Below, in pieces: positions 52,862 through 64,000 of a DNA stretch of 64,000 bases. The DNA comes from Phoronis australis (taxonomy: Eukaryota > Animalia > Phoronida): positions 633,986 through 697,985 of the forward strand of contig NMRA01000090.1 of assembly GCA_002633005.1 (NCBI GenBank), in the 5' to 3' direction. The translations under genes and the position numbers were made by a program. The notes below the pieces were generated by a model that had not been told where the DNA came from, did no database searches, and saw only the letters and a list, made by a program, of their open reading frames with translations. Numbering within the stretch: position 1 is the first letter of the stretch; the number at the start of each line of letters is the position of its first letter.

Positions 52862-53798
52862 GTTGATGAAGGTCAAGCTAAGGGATATGAGGTGTTTTGC
52901 GCCGAGCTTCAATAAGAAATATAAAGCGCTTTATCAAGAAGACGAGTACGTGTGTGACGCGGATCAGGCCACGCAAGGAGTACACTCACAAAAGACATCC
53001 CATCAAAACTCAAAAAATAATAACAATTAAAAACGCGGGTTGGCCTATCGTAACAGCAATACCGCACCAATAACAAAGCAGTCATTAATTTGCAATAAAT
53101 CGTTTTCATTGTGGCCACAAAAAATGTTCTATGAGAATGCCAACAGACGAGACTGCGCCGCCAGCGGCGGACCTCGAGAGGATATGCCGCCTCTTTATGA
53201 ACAACGAAATGTCAGTTCCACATATTTACAAACTGGACAGAGACATGGTTACAGTGATTCAAACTGTAAGTATTTTGAACCTCACAAAGACTCACAACGT
53301 AATGGACCTTTGGAAAAATTTAGCTATTCCACGGCGATTGCGGAACAGCATAACCGTTTTCACAATGCTAAAATGTATTTTGAACGCAGATCTTCTTCTG
53401 ACAGTCCAAAATATCCACAAAACACAGTACTGTTAACTAACAAAAGGAAAGACAAAGCTATATTGGACTGTTTTGGTCATGATTCACCTCTAGATCTAAC
53501 AGTGCAAAAACTGACATCATGTGAAAGACACGACATCCGATCAGTTCACGAGTCAACGCAGACTTTGCTACATAGAGGCAGAATAAAAAGTCGTAGTTGC
53601 AGGCCACGAAGTTCCCGACACAAGGTTGAGAAAGAGAAACGAAAAGGGAAAGAGAGTCGAAAAAGTAAAGACCGCGGCAGAAGACACAGTGGTAGGTCTC
53701 CTGGCGAAGCTGATGTGGAGGTTGGTGGCAAACGAGATAGCCTCAAAGACAAATGTGCAAATGAAAAGAATAAGAAAAGTAAAAGCAAGCTTTCTTAA
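52862..53798 (+). CDS. Disordered basic ORF with PLDLT motif and NLS-like Lys/Arg tracts: either the cytoplasmic exon of the EGF pseudogene or a separate gene starting at ATG 53124
   Basis: Acceptor cttttccag|52862 is phase-2 compatible with the 45547 donor (R-LMKVKLRDMR..). The frame is open for about 310 codons except for one TAA at 53028-30. It contains HDSPLDLTV, EKRKGKESRKSKDRGRR and KNKKSKSK. Confidence 0.5.
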
Positions 53799-54549
53799 CA
53801 CTCAATGGGAGAGGATTGTGAAACACCCCATAGCGCTCAATTATTGACTTCACAGAAGGGATCATGAAGGCTTAGTAGGCTATTTAAAAAAGATAAGGAC
53901 ACTGTCATTAAATGATCGTTGCTCACTGTTTGAGTGTTTGTGTAATAAAACCTCGACATCTGCTTAACAAATTTATTAATTGAACTCCACCTTCTGCAAA
54001 AACGTGGAATCTAAATGAAAAAAAGAAATACCAGAGGATTACACATCCAACTGGATGTTAGTAACTAAACATCAAATTATTTTGTGTCAAATCAAAATGG
54101 CCCTAAGTTAATTGCTTACATGTACAGTCCAAAATGTCGTGTTTCAGTTAAACATACAATTACGAAAATTCATAGCAAACTCAAGTGAAATGATGTGCAG
54201 ATATTGAAAATGTAAGCCTAATCAACAAAATTGAGCTCTCCTTTAGGGATCGCTGTCCTGACATTTTCCCAGTGAATTCATGAAAATAATGTACAGGTCG
54301 AATCCGTTTTATGAAGGTGATTTATGCTTTAACACAGACATTTGATCTGATTCTCTCACCTCACAATTGTTGAAAGCATTGCTTCACAGCCTACAAACAA
54401 TTATCAGAAACTGAATAACTAGTAGTTGTGTGTACATTTTGCATTTATTCAAGTGAGATTAATTTATTAGTTTCAGAAATGCTTTTTAGAGCTGAAGATC
54501 AAATCTCTGACATGCGTATTAAGTCACTTTTCATGAATAAGGACCCTGA

Positions 54550-54955
54550 GCCCGGTTGCACGAAACAATCCCAAATAGGGACTCAGCTAAGTCCCTTCCT
54601 TTTTCGTATTTGTTTCATTCCTTACTCACATATGTAGTATTTTTCTATCATTATATCTTGTGAACTCCTCTTTTACTAATGACACTTTCTAATGATACAA
54701 CTAAACCTGATCCCTTAATTCAGTCAAATTAATTAGGGACATAGTCCTTATGTTAGGGACATTGCATGAAAAGACCCATACTAACTTCCAAGCATGTTGA
54801 TTATTCAATGTAGTCTTTACTCTATCAAAAATTGAATTAGTAATGAGACTCAAATGGCATAACAAAGAACATTCAATGTTTCCTTAAGCTGACAAATACG
54901 CAGATTTAGGGAACTCAGTTGAGTCCCTAATTGAGACTCTTTCATGCAACCGGGC
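54550..54955. mobile_element. MITE with about 45-bp terminal inverted repeats (PIF/Harbinger-like)
   Basis: gcccggttgcacgaaacaatcccaaatagggactcagctaagt at the left end pairs with actcagttgagtccctaattgagactctttcatgcaaccgggc at the right end. Confidence 0.8.
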
Positions 54956-55593
54956 ATGGACAAGATGGTGTACGCTTTGGACATAGTTTGTCTGGCATAT
55001 TCAATTACTAAACTGAGCCACAGTGTTGGCACCAGTCCTCGGTATGATGCATATGTACGTAGTTGAACACAAAAAACGCAGCATTCCGATTGACTTCATT
55101 GAAAGGTGCCATAAATAAAAACAACTCGATCACTACACTGGCTCAACTCTGATGATTCATTGACAGACATCTCTGATGATTTACTATGAAAAACAATTAG
55201 TGCTAAATATCTTAGTGTAAAGGCTCGGCTCATAAACAGCCTAGGATGCAGAAAGCAGATAACTGTACTAGGTTTTCTGACGTTATTGGCACTGTAGAAA
55301 GAATAGATGTTGGCTAGGCTAAAAATCGTTCTCAGGGCGCCATTTTCGTTCTTTGTTCTAAAGCTAACCAATGACTGTCGAAGTTACATCAACCAATGAT
55401 AAGACGCGTCCTGCTGAATGATAACTGCGTGTCCCCTTCCCCCTAGCGGACAGAGAGGAAATCAACGAGATCAAGAATGGACAAGAGGAAAACTTGAACT
55501 TTTCACTTTTTCGTTCAAATGCCGCGTGTAGTAAAGTTATTGGTGAACAGAAACAGTAAATGTAAGAAAGTCATGGTTTAAGTTCAAGTACAA

Positions 55594-55793
55594 CAAGTGC
55601 GAACCCTGGGGGGAGGATCGGGAGACTCCGAAAAAGTTGAAAACGATACAAAAGTCCCCTAAAAAGGCAGGAACTACCAAAATTCGACGATGCACAGATC
55701 ATAGCTCTGAATGTACCCCGTGAATCTTACCCCGTGAAGTCCACATTCTCAAAAATTCGAGACCCCCTCCACTCTATGTTGGGTGCGTGCATG
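55594..55793. mobile_element. MITE, same family as 22596-22848
   Basis: Ends aattcgagacccc..tgggtgcgtgcatg. Left end is caagtgcgaaccctggggg. Confidence 0.55.
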
Positions 55794-56129
55794 TAAAATA
55801 TGTCTAGTACTTTACAAAATTATGTTAGAAAAGCTGAAGGTCGGATTTGACAAAAGTTTGTATTTTACATTTTGTGATTCACGCACGTGATTAAGTTTTA
55901 CGAAAATTGACGAATGGTGTGTAGAATGACCTTGACATTTCGTACCTGATGGCAGCTTGCTCTTATCTGAAGTCAATGATTTCCATCTCTTTCTCAAACC
56001 TGCATTGTAGATTAATGACAAACACGTAATGTAAATGCACGCGATGTGAATGTACACGTGCAAGCTACGATATCAATTCAATCTGTTCAAACTGTTGCAA
56101 CCAAATTGCGTAAAACGCTAACACGGTTG

Positions 56130-58810
56130 ATGTTGTATTTCCTGAACGTAGTTGTCACTGTGCTAATCCTAGTATGCGGGGAAGTCGTCTCAGGTAAATA
56201 GATTTGAGTTAGTCAATACAAGATTCGCTATCACTCCAAGCGAAGCTGAAGGTTTCCAGTTATAAACGAAGTGGTATTTTAACAGATTCTGGACCAAAAA
56301 ACAGATGGGATCCTTGATGCAGGGGCAGGAACACAACTGTCACATTCCATCATGATTCTCCAAGGAGTTTGGAGAAGAGGGAGGTAAAAGTGAAACAACA
56401 GGCACAAAAATAATAAAACCGTCACATGGGGCAACGTAGGCCAAAGTCTGTCCACAATGGGGCAGGTGCTGTCGTCTTTCTAGTAGTAGCTTACTCCCCA
56501 AATTTAATGCACATCAATCAAGAAATTGGAAGTTATCAATGCAAACGCAAAAATATGGTTGTAATTAGATTTCTCCCAAAAGCCACATCAGTTGTACTGG
56601 ATTCAATAAAACACATACATGTACCACGTTCCCTGAAAATTGATAGAGAAACTTGGTAGATGTTGAGACACAAGTAAAAAAAATGTCACGAGGGGCGCCA
56701 ATTCCGTCGGCGGGGTGTGTAGGACTCCAGAAAAATGTTTAAGTTTTGGGTAATGTCGGACCGGCATATCTCAAAAAAGCATCGCTGATTGGATTCATAT
56801 TAACTTTCACAATCGTTCTTATGCTTTGTTCACGAAAACGCTGTGAGGAAATTTTTTCAAAATGTTCCACTTTTGGACGAAGGTCAATCAAAACTCATTC
56901 CTTTCTTGTTTATGAAAACCGTCAAAAGTTACATGAAACGAAAACAAAGTTACGTTTCAGAAAAGTGTAACGGCTTGTTTTGAGTTTTCACCTGAAAATT
57001 TTCGTGAAATGTACTTCAGGTATGTTTTTGTTACCGTTGCTTTGGTGTGATTGTACCATTTTGCAAAATTTTATTCATAAGACAACATAGAATCACCCAA
57101 TTAGTGACAGACTGGTATACATTTAAAAATAAAGGCCAAAGGCTCTTTAATTTCAGAAATTATACACGTTTACCGGTTTAATTCCTATAGTTTTGCAGAC
57201 ATTTGTCTAAAAGTACAGACATGTTGAAAAGTCCCGGATTTGTTTTCAGAAATTTGGTCTTACGCTCCATACAACTATTTCTGAAAAAATCACTTGACCG
57301 GAAGTTACAAGTCCCTGGAGATATCCCCCAACCTGCTCGCTACTGAAGCTGTAGAAATTGTTAAACACGTGGCTAATGGCTAGTAAACATTCATTCAGTA
57401 ACTGTGACTAAATTTCTGTACATCCCCTTTTCCTGAAACAGACCCTCGTTCAATGTAAGGTTTGACATATTCAAGAAATCACCGTACCGACAGTCATTGG
57501 CTGAGGAGGGATGCTTGTAAAGACTGTCAGAGTGTACCATATTTTTTTCAATAATGCAAAACTCAGTCATCTTAAATTGTGTCTGTGCTAGCGGAATGTG
57601 ACCTATATTTTCCGTCAGCTCAAATGACTTACATTGAACAATTTACTGTAGGTTGTTTTGGTCTATTTCAAAATCATTCGTGTAATCGTCGGGACGACGT
57701 CGAAAACGCCGTTCAAATTTACAGAAACGGAGCCCAGGGAAGAAAACTGTGTATCACGGTGACTGCAAAATGTTCACCTACACTTGCCACTGACAGCAAG
57801 ACGCCCTCAAGCCGACCGATCGAGCTTCGCCACTCGGACACGGCTTCCGCCGACGAACCTTGTTATAATAATGTGTGTGCTCATGCACCTCACTTCTATA
57901 GCTTAACTCATGGATTGCTTCTTTCAGCGTTGGATGAATCGCCAATACACGTGTCACCACTGTTTCCAACAGCCACAAGTAACCCATGTTCTGAATTGAA
58001 GTGTGAGAATGGCGCCTCATGTCACGTGACAACTGCGCATACAGCAAAATGCCTCTGCAAGGTTGGATACAAAGGAAAAGTCTGTGCTGTCAAGGATTCA
58101 ACATGCGGTGGAACGTGCGTGCCTCACGGAAAATGCGAACTGGAGAAGGACGAATATATGTGTAAGTGTGGCCCTGGGTATAGTGGGGAACGTTGCAAGG
58201 AGGCCGCGAATACGATATCTGGCGAACTCGGAGCAAACCAAGCAGCGTCAGGTATCACGGAAGCGTGTAGTGGTACTCCGTGTTTAAATGGAGGAGAGTG
58301 TGTCAATGCAGGGCGAGGTCAACTGTACTACTGTATTTGCAAAGTTGGATTTTCAGGGAGTGACTGCGAAATGAACACAGATGAATGCCAGAGTAACCCC
58401 TGTGGCAATCGCGCCACGTGTGAAGACGGGGTGGCCAACTACACGTGTCACTGTGCGAAAGGTTATACCGGGAGGCGATGTCAAATAACTCCCAACGAAT
58501 GTTTAGGGTCACCTTGCGGTATACACGGCAAGTGCGTTGATGGCGGGAGTAGATATACGTGCGTGTGTGCAGATGGCTTCACAGGTAAAAACTGTGAGAG
58601 GAACATTGACGAATGCGCCAGCAAACCTTGCTTCAATGGCGGTCATTGTGTTGATGAGGCTGGAAGATACGAGTGCAGATGTGCTCCTGGATTCACGGGC
58701 AAAAACTGTGACGAAAAAGCTGTGCCGCTTAACCGCTTTCTCGCTCTACTGTTTGCGATCGGCGCTATAATGTTGGGGCTGACCTCAGTGGTTATAATGT
58801 GTCTCTGCAG
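56130..58810 (+). CDS. Notch/Delta-like EGF-repeat (6 EGF) type-I membrane protein: signal, ectodomain and TM exons
   Basis: Exon 56130-56193 MLYFLNVVVTVLILVCGEVVS G|gtaaat is a signal peptide with a phase-1 donor. It joins a phase-1 acceptor at 57652 (or 57973). The frame is open through 6 EGF repeats (TDEC, PNEC, IDEC Ca-binding type), TM FLALLFAIGAIMLGLTSVVIM, and CLCR with phase-2 donor |gtaag at 58811. No DSL, LNR or ankyrin domain is visible. Confidence 0.85.
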
Positions 58811-60374
58811 GTAAGAATTACCAAGTGCTGGTTCCATTAACGCAATAATCTCGAGAGAAAGGCCAGTGTGGTCACCTGATTCGGTTGCAATGCATGATGT
58901 CTTGCGTGATCTTTTTTTGCTATGTACATGTAGTCGCGTCTATGGAACTCTTCCTTGCTGTCTACTGAGCATAGAAATCTAGCCCTGGAAGTGAAGCGTA
59001 ACTACAATATATGGATGTTTTCTCCGCCACGCGTCGGGAACACGTTGTTGGTGGGATACGTGTATGTCATGAAGGAAGCTTTAGATAATGTAGTTCAGAC
59101 AGGACAAAATCAGCCACCAGTCGATTTTGGTGACGTTAAGAGCATTTTCGAGATCTCAGCGAATTTGAATGGGGCTATTCGGAGAATTCTCCTCGCGGTG
59201 TCGCTGCTGTACTAGTGGTGATTGAATTGCGCATGCGTGGCTGTCTGCACGTAAACAACTGGTTAAAGATGGAATTTTTATCAAAATACGTCGTCGCGCT
59301 AAGCCTTATTACTGCTAATTTCCATGGTGCAAGTCTTCGACAGGTGGCCACAAATTCCCAAAAGACCTAAGGTTACTATATTCGTGGACAATTGCGGTCA
59401 ACGGGGTCAACTAACTGACAAAAAGTGTGTGGATGCTGAAGCCCCGTGTGTGCTCTATGGCTAAGCAGTTCGACTCTGAGACTACACAACATTACTTGGT
59501 AAGTTTTTAACAATCAGTTTCTATCAACATCGTTCGGTGATGTTATCCCCACCAGTTACCCCTCTGAATAACAGTTTTATTGGGTGGAACTAAGTGTTTC
59601 TTTTTGGAAACTCACCCGATGCCGGGTAGGCTAGCAGCACATATTCATATTGTCCCTGCTGGGTGGGAGTGCTCCCAAAATAAAAGGTGTATGGTACGTG
59701 ATGCACAGAAGTCAAGAGTGACTTTTTCACAGTAGTTTCTCTTCAAAACTATGCTGTTTCCAATAAAATTCTCTAGATGAGTGAGTTTCCTTATTTTATC
59801 GTGGACCTCACCCCTAGGACCACCAGCTCAGTTATCGAATTAACATGAATAAGCCTTAATTCAGTAAATGTCGTAACATTGCATTGGAAAAAATTGACAC
59901 CTAGAATGAATTTTACTTGTTAAGATCAGAAGCACATTTTAAGTATCATGAAAAATACACATTGTTAAATCACTTTTAGCCTGTTTCACATATGTTAATT
60001 CAGATATTAAATAAGACTTGGGTACAAAGGTTATTAGTTTCTACAATAAACATGAAGATGAAATGTCAAGTATGTTCTGCCTTACAAAAGTAGTTTTGTC
60101 TTGTCTTTTTTTACAATTTGCTAATATTTCTATTCTGTTACAGGCAAGAAAAAACAACTGAAACCAACCGCCTGACCATCTATTTCACCGTTGGACAAAG
60201 TGAAAAGCAATCCTTCAGCAATAACCTGAGAGAATTGAACGTATTTCAGAAATTCAGCACATGATATGCCTGATTATGGACTCCCTCGCATTGTTGTTTC
60301 TTTCTGTGCTTTTTCAGTTTGCCATTTGTTTTTAAATACACTGATAATTTTTTATTCTCAAATCTTGTTCATAG

Positions 60375-61452
60375 CAGATNTCAACAACTGGAACGCTGGA
60401 AAGAAAGTGGAGGTGCGGGGGAGATACATAAACCCAATATGACAAGAATCCAGGAACCTGGTGAGCAAACAGGTAATGAAACAGCTGGCAGCCGTGATAA
60501 AAATGTGGTCAGTACGTCACCTTTAAAGTGGCTCAAGTACTTTGAGGACCTGAGTAAAATGTCTGTCAAAGAAAAAGATGGCAGTACAAGTCCAGACGGT
60601 TGCCTCATTACTTCCAAGCAAACCGAGCCTTGTCAACCACAGCGGCCGGCAAACGCTATCATCTCGTCACAACCTGTTGAAAACTATAAGAAAGTAATCA
60701 ACGGTCTGATTGGGAATTCTGTGGTACCTGCTGCAGAAGGAAAGAAGCCTAGTGAAACAGCAGATTGTACAGAACGTTACGTGGACAACGATTGTGTTCG
60801 TGGAACACGGACGGATGCAGCGTCTGCGTCAGTTGGAGGAGGTATTCTTTATGATATTATGACAACGCGTCTTGAACATAAAGCAGTTGGTGATTGCCCG
60901 GCGTATGACCAAACATTCTATCACCGTGAACAAAAAACAAGTAATATGACACCATTAGACACAAGTTTTGATTCTGTAAAATCAACACCTCGGAAAAAAG
61001 TTGATGTTACTGAAAGCAACTTATATGAGACCAGTATTGCACCCTCAGAGGCTAAACCTGTCAGTAACACAGCGTGTAACGATACCTTTGATGGCACGGT
61101 GACTGCCTGTGATCTACAAGCCGATATCAAACCAGAAAGAGACGACCATCCAACTTTAGAACAACTTACAGACAAGGCAAAGTCTAGAGTCAAAAAACGA
61201 ACTGATCGCAATAAGAAGGCTAAAAAAGAGAAAGGTGGAGTCTGTAACAAGTTGGAAGAAGGGCACATTGGTGTAGAGGCGGATAATGAACGGAATCTGA
61301 TTCATGCTGCCACAGAGAAGAAGGTCAAGAAAAAGAAGAAACTATTTAACAGTAAAAAGTCTGTGCAGCCCAAACCCATTGATCCTACTCCTGCCGACGA
61401 AATAAATGAAAGAAGTTCATCCAAAGCTTTACATGTCTTGGTCAAGTCGTGA
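60375..61452 (+). CDS. Large disordered, Lys-rich terminal exon (about 358 aa), candidate cytoplasmic tail of the EGF gene
   Basis: Open frame of more than 1 kb after acceptor ttgttcatag|c (NAGNAG, phase-2 compatible). NLS-like RVKKRTDRNKKAKKEK and KKVKKKKK; TPLDTS. The N at 60380 makes the 5' junction uncertain. Confidence 0.55.
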
Positions 61453-62636
61453 TCTCAGAAATGCAATAAGAGTAAATTACATTGGTAAATGACATTGCTT
61501 TGCGATAGGTTAGACGAAAAATGAATTGACTTCTCGGTTAAATCGAGGACTGGGTGGGATTTGACACTGCGATCTCACCCATCAAAGTACAAACACCGGG
61601 CTGCTCCGGAAATGTGTTCTCTTCAAACAGTACAGTGTTTCTTTACTTTGTATAGTTTACCACGCCTGAGTGCGCGTGCGTCTACATACGTTAACTGGAA
61701 ACAGTTGATTCGTGATTAAATTGTTTATGTTTGTAAATGGACATGCGCAGTCACTGTTGAACCCTAACAATGGGTGACCATTACAGATATAGAAAGCAAA
61801 CAAAAATATCATCAAACTAATCGACATGGCTCTTTAGGTCTTCGTGCGAAATTAAAACTGCCAAAAAAACCACATTTATTTCCCAAATTCGGTCACTACA
61901 TTTTGACAACACTTTCATGACCCATCCTATGACACGAGGAATAAGTGCTTATAGCTGAATACTACTTTTTTCATAAAGATGCACCTACATGTATGTAAAG
62001 TAAGCACAATTAAAGTTAATTAAATAGAGAGTTAAATCGAGTTCCCTTTCCCTCACGCTTTCATAACAGTCGCATGTTAATCATGGCACGAGAAGGCAGC
62101 TTCCCCTCTCATTTGACGGACTTACATTTGCGTTTTTGAATTTGCGTTTTCTTACTTTAGTAGTTAAACTTTAACTTGTTCTTTGGTGAGCTTGGGAGAC
62201 CTGAGAGCTTGTTAATGCTTGAGGTCATGTTTGGTGGGCTATGAACCGCGGGCTCAAGACAACTAATTGAACCAGTTCTCAAGCAATCACGAGCTTTCAA
62301 TCCAATCCAAGCCTAGAATGCTTCTAATTAAAATAACAACCAGTGGGAGACCAATTTCATAAAGGTACGTGGCCAGCCTCAACCAAAACTAGATTTTTGA
62401 CAGAGGTTGGATTTATGGCAGATCTAACAATTAGTTCACTTTGTGGTTTTAGAACTGTAAGAGGATTCATTCTGTCAACACACCTCTACATGTAAATTAA
62501 CGTTTTATATTTCACACGTTATTTAGTAGGTTTGGAGTTAAATGGATTCCAGTCTAAAGTCTTTTCTAAGGATGAAAACTCTAAAAACAAAATATGTTTT
62601 TATAAAAAATAATTGCAGGCGATCTGATACACGTGC

Positions 62637-62833
62637 GCAGGCCTCGCATGTGGGCCCATTGCACTGATCACCTGGAAATTTTTTTATGCTTTATTGATAC
62701 ATGTATATGGTTAAAACCGAGCTGAGGAGTTAGAAACTTGGCTCAAGGGTTTAGCAGTGTGACCTGGTGGGACTTGAACCTACGACCTCGAGTAAAGAAA
62801 GCGGGCACTTATCAACCAGGCCACACTGCCTCC
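62637..62833 (-). mobile_element. tRNA-derived SINE (family A)
   Basis: Reverse complement aligns along its length with 6680-6870 (ggcagtgtggcctggttg..gtaggttcaagtcccac..ggtgatcagtgcaatgggcccacatgcg). Confidence 0.85.
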
Positions 62834-64000
62834 TCAAATATGTTTTTAGAAAAGGGTAACTTTTCCACCGAAGCTTTCAACAAGGAGTGGGTTTTTCCCT
62901 GAAAAAAACAAGGGAATTCCGATTTTTATCATTTGACCTCTTAAAAACTAGCGGAACATTTTTTAAATTGAGTCTAAAGGATTAATTTTGATGCACTCTT
63001 CTCCAAGGTAACAGAAAGGTTATAAAATTTGTCTTGATCGTCCCTTCTCAAGTGTTGCTTTCACCGTAGATGATCAGTGTTTTCATGTGTATAGTAATTG
63101 GCTCTTTAAATTATTCTCCATTGTATTCCCAGCCCTGCTGGAGTTACCGGGTATATTTGACAGAGGGAGCCGAACGTGGAATTGTTGGTGCCCGATGGCT
63201 GGAACTGAAATGGGAAGCATCCTGAAGGCACTGCAATGAGCGGGGAACAAACGCAAAGTTGAAATAAGTTTCTACCAGGAAGGCTTTTTTCCAATGAACA
63301 TGGGTGCGTAGCCACCTGTGCCTACGTTGCTAGTATACTGCCATGATGTTAAACCGTTACTCTATCATAGTCTAGCCTATCCCCAATCTAAACTACAGCT
63401 CTAACTAATAAATCAAAATAAAGTTGACACCAGTTAGACAAATATTTGAAGTGGTACGAATGCCGTATTTCGATAAACAAATAAACGATATCGGGAGGTG
63501 TGTTTTTAATTTTGAGTGAAGGTGTTTGCCAATGCGAACATGCTGAAACGGTTCTCTCTGACCAAATTTTGGCACATAGAGGCTCTTTTAATAAGAGTCA
63601 ATTTGATTTTTTCAAAGCACTCTCGGAAAAAACCAAAATGTTGACCCAATTGTCTGCTGCATTAGATAACAGGAATGAAACGCGGGATCCAACATTTTTT
63701 AGATACAATTTGGGTCAAGTGACCCAACTTGAAATGTGCAGCACGCTAGGCCCAGTATTTTGATGTGTGGCGTTTTTGAATCTATTTTCGTTTCAACGAA
63801 CCATGTTTAAAATATTTGCTTCGTTTACAACGCCGTAATCGACAAGCTCTAAGTCAACTATATGGCATACAAGATGCTTTGATTACAGCAACCTCAGCGA
63901 CTCCAACAATTGTTTTAAAAAGGCTTTGGAAGAGTTTGTTGTAAAACAGTTAAATAGTTGATGGTTGGGAACTGCAACACTGGGCATGTGACCGTTGGGC

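Noticed and set aside
17695-53030. Stop-codon reassignment or readthrough explaining the isolated in-frame TAG and TAA
   Set aside because: Intact genes here end in ordinary TAA/TGA, and the EGF locus shows other decay. Pseudogenisation or mis-modelling is simpler.
43684-58810. Calling the EGF genes NOTCH, DLL or JAG
   Set aside because: No LNR/ankyrin or MNNL/DSL domains are visible, and EGF similarity alone is not diagnostic.

Overview
This is animal (probably marine invertebrate) nuclear DNA from a draft, heterozygous assembly. It is AT-rich, has spliceosomal GT-AG introns, single-N contig joins at 10127, 25123, 46525 and 60380, and a gap at 50317-50648. The prokaryote-style ORF track misses most genes, so gene models were built by hand from splice sites and phase compatibility. 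Contents: (1) a complete 8-exon, 432-aa type-I membrane protein on the minus strand (9071-1660) with signal peptide, cadherin-like/bacterial-Ig-like domain, TM, CCCC and an RRxS-rich tail; (2) an intronless SYNJ2BP/OMP25-like PDZ tail-anchored protein (10573-9603) split by a haplotype-overlap artefact; (3) a weakly supported chain of + strand exons (17-24 kb) with one in-frame stop; (4) a degenerate DIRS-type tyrosine-recombinase retrotransposon (about 26.7-29.95 kb); (5) a tandem pair of paralogous Notch/Delta-like EGF-repeat single-pass membrane genes (43.7-45.5 kb, pseudogenised; 56.1-58.8 kb, apparently intact), each followed by a phase-compatible, Lys-rich, disordered ORF, one with a PLDLT CtBP-type motif; (6) tRNA-derived SINEs, a LINE 3' end, MITEs, satellites and microsatellites. 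All calls come from reading the sequence by eye; no searches were run.
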